Assembly (NCBI GenBank): GCA_016868775.1
Contig: VGFT01000002.1
Location: 195,830 to 259,829 of the forward strand
Length of the DNA stretch: 64,000 nt
Origin: Bacteroidota bacterium
GTDB lineage: Bacteria; Bacteroidota; Bacteroidia; Chitinophagales; Chitinophagaceae
Direction: 5' to 3'
Each line of letters begins with the position of its first letter. The stretch's first letter is position 1. The notes beneath the pieces were generated by a model. The model saw only the letters and a program-made list of their open reading frames with translations, had not been told where the DNA came from and made no database searches. Shown in pieces: positions 58,437 to 64,000 of the stretch. A program made the position numbers and the translations under genes.

Positions 58437-60145
58437 ATGCGATCCAAATTGTTTCGGAAAAAATCGATTGAATCCATACAAGCTCAGTACGACGAGAATC
58501 AAAAATCCGGCAACGGTTTGCAACGCATCCTGGGCGTGCGCGACCTTACTTTCCTCGGAATCGCCGCGGTGATCGGGGCTGGAATTTTCTCTACGATCGG
58601 CGGGGCGGCTTTCCAAGGCGGACCAGGCATTATGTTGCTCTTTGTAATTACAGCGCTTACCTGTGGTTTCTGCGCGCTTTGTTATGCTGAATTTGCCAGT
58701 CGCGTACCCGTGGCGGGCAGTGCCTATACGTATTCGTATGTAACGTTTGGAGAATTGGTGGCCTGATCATCGGCTGGGCCCTGATCCTGGAGTATGCCAT
58801 CGGGAATATGGTGGTCGCGATTTCCTGGAGCGGCTATTTCAACAATTTGCTGGTGCACATTTTTGATATTCATTTGCCCGGTTGGTTATTGATCGATCCG
58901 GATACGGCTACGAATGCATACCGTGAATCGGTTGCCGCTCTAACCAATGCTGCTGGCATCACCGATGTCGATAAGTTGGCCTCTTATCGTTATGCGGTTG
59001 ATGCCTACGAGCAAGCACCGACGTGGTTGGGCTATAAGATCTTTTTTAATTTCCCGGCGCTTTGTATTGTGTTGCTGGTAACCTGGCTCTCGTACATCGG
59101 AATCAAGGAAAGCAAACAATCGGCCAATGCCATGGTGCTGTTCAAGATCGGGGTGATCATTTTTGTGATCATAGCCGGGGCTTTTTTTGTAGACACAAAC
59201 AACTGGCAACCGTTTTTACCCAATGGTTTCGAGGGCGTGCTCAAAGGGGTATCGGCTGTTTTCTACGCATACATCGGATTTGATGCGATCTCCACGACGG
59301 CCGAGGAGTGCAAGGACCCCAAACGCGACATGCCCCGAGGGATGATCTATTCGCTGTTGATCTGTACAGTTTTATATATTTTAATTACACTGGTGTTGAC
59401 GGGCATGGAGCGATACGATCGTTTTGAGGGAGTGAACGATCCGTTGGCTTTTGTTTTTGAAAAGCGTGCACCTTGGATCGAGAAGATCGTTTCGGTCAGC
59501 GCCATCATCGCCACGACTTCGGTGTTGCTGGTCTTTCAGATCGGTCAGTCTCGAATCTGGATGAGTATGAGCCGAGACGGATTGCTTCCCAAAAAATTTC
59601 AGCAAGTACATCCCCGTTACCAAACGCCGGGCTTTGCCACCATCGTAACCGGTTTTTTTATTGGGATCGGTGCGATGTTGATTCGAAGCGGTTTGGTGAC
59701 GGATCTGACCAGCATCGGTACGCTCTTTGCATTTGTACTTGTATCTGCCGGTGTAATGTTCTTGCCCAAGATTAAACCCGAGCCTGGTAAATTTTTGCTG
59801 CCCTATATCAATGGCAAGTGGATCGTGCCTCTTTTATACGCGGGGTTGATCTATCTGTTTCAAGATCGGGTAGGGGAGAGTTTGAATCAATTGATCTCCG
59901 GTCAATGGGATGCGCTATCGCTGGTGCAGTATTTATTTTTGATCTGCCTGGGGATCGGATTGTATCTATCGGTGCAGACGTTCCTAAGGAATTATTCACT
60001 CATTCCCATTCTAGGGGTTTTGTCCTGCATGTATTTGATGATCGAGATCCCGGCCATCAGTTGGGTCTGGTTCCTGGGCTGGATGGCCGGGGGCTTGGGG
60101 ATCTATTTTCTATATGGTTACCGACACAGCCGCTTGGCGGAGTAG
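58437..60145 (+). CDS. APC-family amino acid permease; 1-nt frameshift at about 58765
   Basis: Adding one G (GCC TG[G] ATC ATC GGC TGG) joins the two ORFs as GELVAWIIGWALILEYAIGN. 'GIAAVIGAGIF', 'AYIGFDAIS' motifs. Confidence 0.9.
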
Positions 60146-60166
60146 GCAAGGGCTATAGCTTTTTCG

Positions 60167-60174
60167 TACCTTTG
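60167..60174 (+). promoter_or_regulatory. -7 promoter box for rnpB
   Basis: TACCTTTG, 4 nt before the P1 stem. Confidence 0.8.
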
Positions 60175-60178
60175 CCGG

Positions 60179-60530
60179 GCTACAAGCCAGGTCATCGATC
60201 CCGCGCTTCCAGCGGGGTAGGAAAGTCCGGACAGCACAGAGCCATGCACCGGTGAACAGCCGGGTTTCGAGAAATCGAAAACAGCGAGTGCCACAGAAAA
60301 TAACTACCGACCGGTCAACCGGTTGGCAAAGGTGAAAACGTGGGGTAAGGGCCTACGGGGAACATGGGTAACCATGTTCTTGGGTAAACCTTGCATGCTG
60401 AAATGCCATGTAAAGTACCGTTTGAGGGCGGCTCGTCCGAGGTACAGGGTAGGCAGCTTGAGCTTGGTGGGTAACTGCCAAGACAGATCAATGATGACCC
60501 TCGACCGAATCCGGCTTATCGGCTTGTAGC
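60179..60530 (+). ncRNA. rnpB: RNase P RNA (type A)
   Basis: P1 ends GCTACAAGCC / GGCTTGTAGC; 'GGAAAGTCCGG', 'AGTGCCACAGAAA', 'GGTAAACC', 'GAATCCGGCTTAT' conserved regions. Confidence 0.97.
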
Positions 60531-60563
60531 ATTTTTTCCCATCATTCGGGTTATCTTTGTTCC

Positions 60564-61653
60564 ATGACAATCGAAAAATTACAGGACATGCGGTCCCGCG
60601 TTCTCGGGATAAGGAGGTTTCTTTGACGTCGAGAACCGACTTCAAAAGATTGCACAGGATAAACAGCTTTCGCTGAGCCCCGGATTTTGGGACGATAACA
60701 AACGGGCCACCGAGATCCTAAAAAATATTAGGCTAAACGAGTATTGGGTTTCGCTTTTTGAATCGACTGAACGATCGGTGGAGGACTTTGCCGTGCTCTT
60801 CGATTTTTGGAAGGCCGGTGATGCGACCGAAGAAGAAACGCAGGTGGCCTTTGATCAGGCGATGAATGGACTTGACGACGCGGAATTCAAAGCCACTCTA
60901 AACGAGCCGGAGGACGAATTGCCGGCCGTCTTGCAAATTAACTCCGGTGCCGGGGGTACGGAAAGCCAGGATTGGTCGGAGATGCTGGCCCGTATGTATC
61001 GCATGTATGGCGAGCGGCAGGGTTGGAAAGTAACAGAGTTGGATTGGGTATGGGGCGATGGGGCCGGTATCAAAACGGCGACATTGCAGTTCGATGGTCC
61101 CTTTGCCTATGGATTTTTGAAATCCGAAAGCGGGGTTCATCGATTGGTTCGGATCTCTCCCTTTGATAGCAATGCCCGTCGCCATACCTCGTTCAGTTCC
61201 GTATTCGTTTACCCGCTGGTAGATGATACCATCAACATTGAGATCAAGGATGCAGACGTTAAAATGGAAACGGCAAGAAGTGGGGGAGCCGGCGGACAAA
61301 ACGTGAACAAAGTAGAGACCAAAGTGATGCTCACGCACTTGCCCACCGGAATGGTAGTGGTTTGTCAGACCGAACGAACGCAGCTGGGCAACCGCGAAAA
61401 AGCCATGCAAATGTTGAAAAGCCGTCTATACGAGGAAGAATTGCGTAAGCGCAACGAACTCAAAGATGCGGCCAATTCCAAGAAGAAGAAGATCGAGTGG
61501 GGGAGTCAGATCCGTTCTTACGTTTTCCACCCGTACAAAATGATTAAGGACCACCGCACCGACTTTGAAACCGGCAACGTTCAACCCGTTATGGACGGCG
61601 AACTCGACGGCTTCATCAAAGCCTACCTTATGACCGAAAAAGAAACCAACTAA
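60564..61653 (+). CDS. prfB: Peptide chain release factor 2 with programmed +1 frameshift at CTT-TGA-C (60621-60627)
   Basis: [20 protein letters not shown] / DVENRL...; internal AGGAGG at 60612-60617; SPF tripeptide and GGQ motif. Confidence 0.97.
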
Positions 61654-61671
61654 AAACTAACTGACAACTCC

Positions 61672-61716
61672 AACTGCCCAAACTATCCAAACTACCCAAA
61701 CTTTTCAAACTTACCT
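61672..61716 (+). repeat. Five tandem 9-bp units (consensus AACTnnnCA) immediately upstream of the pruA ATG
   Basis: aactgccca-aactatcca-aactaccca-aacttttca-aacttacct. Confidence 0.75.
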
Positions 61717-61717
61717 T

Positions 61718-63346
61718 ATGTACGGCACCTTCTCCTACCCCCTCCCCACCAACGAACCCGTATTAAACTACGGTCCCGGTTCGGCTGAAAAGATCGCCTT
61801 AAAAAAAGCGCTCAAGGAGCTTAAATCACAGGTAATCGATGTGCCTATGTACATCGGTAGCAAAGAAATTCGTACCGGTCGCTTGGGTGACATGCGCCCC
61901 CCGCATGAGCACGCGCATCTGCTGGGAAGGTTTCATTTGGGAGAGGAAAAGCATGTAAAGATGGCCATTGACGCGGCATTGGCAGCACGTGCTTCTTGGT
62001 CGGCCATGCCCTGGGAGCAACGAGCACATATTTTTTTGAAGGCAGCGGATCTACTCGCTACCAAATACCGGCCTTATATCAATGCGGCCACGATGCTGGG
62101 TCAGAGCAAGAATGCGTTTCAGGCAGAGATCGATGCGGCCTGTGAATTGATCGATTTCTTGCGCTTCAATGTGCATTTCCTATCGGAGATCTATAAACAA
62201 CAACCCATCAGCAGCCCGGGTGTTCACAACCGGATGGAGTATCGTCCGCTGGAAGGTTTTGTACTGGCCGTATCCCCTTTTAATTTTACTGCCATTGGCG
62301 GCAACCTTCCTACCTCAGCCGCGCTTTGTGGCAACGTGGTGGTTTGGAAATGCGCCTACACACAAGTTTATTCCGCACAACTTTTCATGAAAATTTTGAG
62401 AGAGGCGGGATTGCCCGATGGGGTGATCAACTTAATCTATGTAAGTGGTCCCACCGTCGGAAACGTTTGCTTCACCCATCCGGATTTTTCCGGTGTACAC
62501 TTTACCGGATCTACCGGGGTATTCAATCAAATGTGGGAGACTATTGGAAAGAACATGCCTCGCTATCGTTCCTATCCACGCATTGTGGGGGAGACGGGCG
62601 GAAAGGATTTTGTCCTCGCCCATGCCTCAGCCGATCCGGATGTAGTGGCAACCGCCTTGTTGCTGGGGGCGTTTGAGTATCAGGGACAAAAATGCTCGGC
62701 CGCCTCGCGTGCGTATATTCCCTCCAACATCGCCGAGGAGGTAAAGAAAAAATTAGTCGCGGGGGTGAAGCATTTTCAGATGGGTTCGGTGGAAGATTTT
62801 CGCAATTTCATCAATGCGGTGATTGACGAGAAGAGTTTCGACAGCATCAAAAAATACATCGACGCAGCAAAAAAAGATCCCAAGTGTCAGATTCTGGTGG
62901 GCGGTAAATGCGATAAGAAAACAGGGTACTTCATACAGCCCACTGTCATCGAGACCAAGAATCCGCGTTCGCTGACCATGTGCGAGGAGATCTTCGGGCC
63001 GGTGCTGACCCTTTATGTATATCCCGCCGGTCAATTCGAGCGGGCTATGGACCTGGTGGACAGTACGTCGCCCTATGCCTTGACGGGATCGATTCTGGCA
63101 CAGGATCGTGCCGCGATCGATCGGGCAACCACTCGGTTGCGTCATGCCGCCGGGAATTTTTATATCAATGATAAGCCCACGGGTGCGGTGGTTGGTCAAC
63201 AGCCTTTTGGCGGAGCCCGGGCCAGTGGAACGAACGATAAGGCGGGTTCGCAATTGAATTTATTGCGGTGGTTAAGCGCACGTACCCTCAAAGAAACATT
63301 TAACCCGCCGACCGATTATCGTTATCCATTCCTCCAAGAGCAGTAA
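61718..63346 (+). CDS. pruA: 1-pyrroline-5-carboxylate dehydrogenase
   Basis: 'NEPVLNY', 'EIDAACELIDF', 'PFNFTAI', 'FTGST', 'GETGGK', 'YQGQKCSA', 'EEIFGP'. Confidence 0.96.
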   Translation: MYGTFSYPLPTNEPVLNYGPGSAEKIALKKALKELKSQVIDVPMYIGSKEIRTGRLGDMRPPHEHAHLLGRFHLGEEKHVKMAIDAALAARASWSAMPWEQRAHIFLKAADLLATKYRPYINAATMLGQSKNAFQAEIDAACELIDFLRFNVHFLSEIYKQQPISSPGVHNRMEYRPLEGFVLAVSPFNFTAIGGNLPTSAALCGNVVVWKCAYTQVYSAQLFMKILREAGLPDGVINLIYVSGPTVGNVCFTHPDFSGVHFTGSTGVFNQMWETIGKNMPRYRSYPRIVGETGGKDFVLAHASADPDVVATALLLGAFEYQGQKCSAASRAYIPSNIAEEVKKKLVAGVKHFQMGSVEDFRNFINAVIDEKSFDSIKKYIDAAKKDPKCQILVGGKCDKKTGYFIQPTVIETKNPRSLTMCEEIFGPVLTLYVYPAGQFERAMDLVDSTSPYALTGSILAQDRAAIDRATTRLRHAAGNFYINDKPTGAVVGQQPFGGARASGTNDKAGSQLNLLRWLSARTLKETFNPPTDYRYPFLQEQ

Positions 63347-63360
63347 TTTGTGCATAGCCG

Positions 63361-63885
63361 ATGAAGACAATCCTCAATCATACCGAATACCTGACTGCGG
63401 TCGAATCGCTCGCCCAGGCCTTGCTTGCCAAACATCCCGGTTTGGAAAACACCGCATTGGTGGGCGTTCAACAGGGTGGGGTAGTGTTGGGGTGGGACCT
63501 CGTTCGGGTACTTCGAAAAGAGCCTGGATTAAAGGATTTGGAACTGGGATTGCTGGATATCACCTTTTATCGGGATGATTTTCGGACCTCCATCCTGGCA
63601 CCGGATCGGATGAACATTCCTTTTTCAATTGAGGAGAAAAATGTGATTTTGATAGACGATGTGCTCTTCACGGGACGTACAATCAAGGCAGCACTGGATG
63701 TGCTGTTGGATTATGGTCGGCCCCAGCGCGTAGAACTCCTCGTTCTGGCCGACCGAAAAGAACATCGTCAGTTTCCCATACAAGCTGATTATGTGGGACT
63801 TACCATTCCCACTACCAAGGATCAAAAAGTAAAATTGGTCTCAGATGAGAGCGGCGGTCAGAACTTGATTTTACGCGATTCCTGA
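63361..63885 (+). CDS. pyrR: PyrR-family phosphoribosyltransferase
   Basis: 'LDITFYRDDF', 'ILIDDVLFTGRT', 'DR...RQFPIQADYVG'; upstream of pyrB. Confidence 0.9.
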   Translation: MKTILNHTEYLTAVESLAQALLAKHPGLENTALVGVQQGGVVLGWDLVRVLRKEPGLKDLELGLLDITFYRDDFRTSILAPDRMNIPFSIEEKNVILIDDVLFTGRTIKAALDVLLDYGRPQRVELLVLADRKEHRQFPIQADYVGLTIPTTKDQKVKLVSDESGGQNLILRDS

Positions 63886-63908
63886 TTTTAGTGTAATTTC
63901 GTCCTTTG

Positions 63909-64000
63909 ATGCAACTATCCACCCGCCATCTGCTGGGCATCAAAGAACTGACCCCCTCAGACATCTCCCTTATTTTATCGACTGCCGAGCAATTCAAGGA
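63909..64000 (+). CDS. pyrB: Aspartate carbamoyltransferase catalytic subunit, 5' fragment
   Basis: MQLSTRHLLGIKELTPSDISLILSTAEQFK matches the PyrB N-terminus; follows pyrR. Confidence 0.85.
   Translation, partial: MQLSTRHLLGIKELTPSDISLILSTAEQFK

Noticed and set aside
60304-60645. ORFs 60304-60645 (-) and 60323-60529 (+)
   Set aside because: They overlap the RNase P RNA gene and the prfB start; spurious.
61672-61716. CRISPR array interpretation of the tandem repeat
   Set aside because: The units are 9 bp with no spacers, and there are no cas genes.
1-64000. Mobile elements, prophage, defence systems, tRNA/rRNA
   Set aside because: I saw no transposase, integrase, phage or defence motifs, no terminal repeats, no tRNA cloverleaf and no compositional break. 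Covariance-model searches could not be run.

Overview
A gene-dense, mostly housekeeping chromosomal segment from a Bacteroidota bacterium. The phylum call rests on the recurrent TAnnTTTG -7 promoter box, the near-absence of Shine-Dalgarno motifs at starts and a primary sigma factor lacking region 1.1. Chitinophagaceae is likely, but that is an inference. The window carries about 57 CDSs: rpmI-rplT, malQ, a UbiD-family menaquinone decarboxylase, pdhB, lepB, cdd, topA, fdx-iscX-kdsC-ubiA-maf, lipA, a glucose permease/ROK kinase pair divergent from a glgA-glgC-MFS-neopullulanase-glgB cluster, argS, dnaK, speA with an NTF2/PQQ-type dehydrogenase/cytochrome c module, bacilliredoxin, lgt, rpoD, trxB, folB, MATE, rsmD, lpxK, rnr, a prenyl synthase, prfB (programmed +1 frameshift), pruA, pyrR and the start of pyrB. 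It also contains the RNase P RNA gene. I saw no tRNA, rRNA, CRISPR array, IS element or prophage. Four genes are interrupted (YqaE/Pmp3, Gfo/Idh/MocA, DUF2851, amino-acid permease), either by true decay or by long-read errors. I did not find a clear-cut new multi-gene system. The best leads are non-coding: a candidate minus-strand sRNA antisense to a start-codon-like context (46393-46530), structured leaders on rpmI-rplT and rpoD, a set of apparently leaderless genes calibrated by the rnpB promoter, a palindromic bidirectional promoter, a terminator overlapping the topA promoter, and apparent CGATCG enrichment. Many starts given here were moved from the ORF track to better-supported codons.
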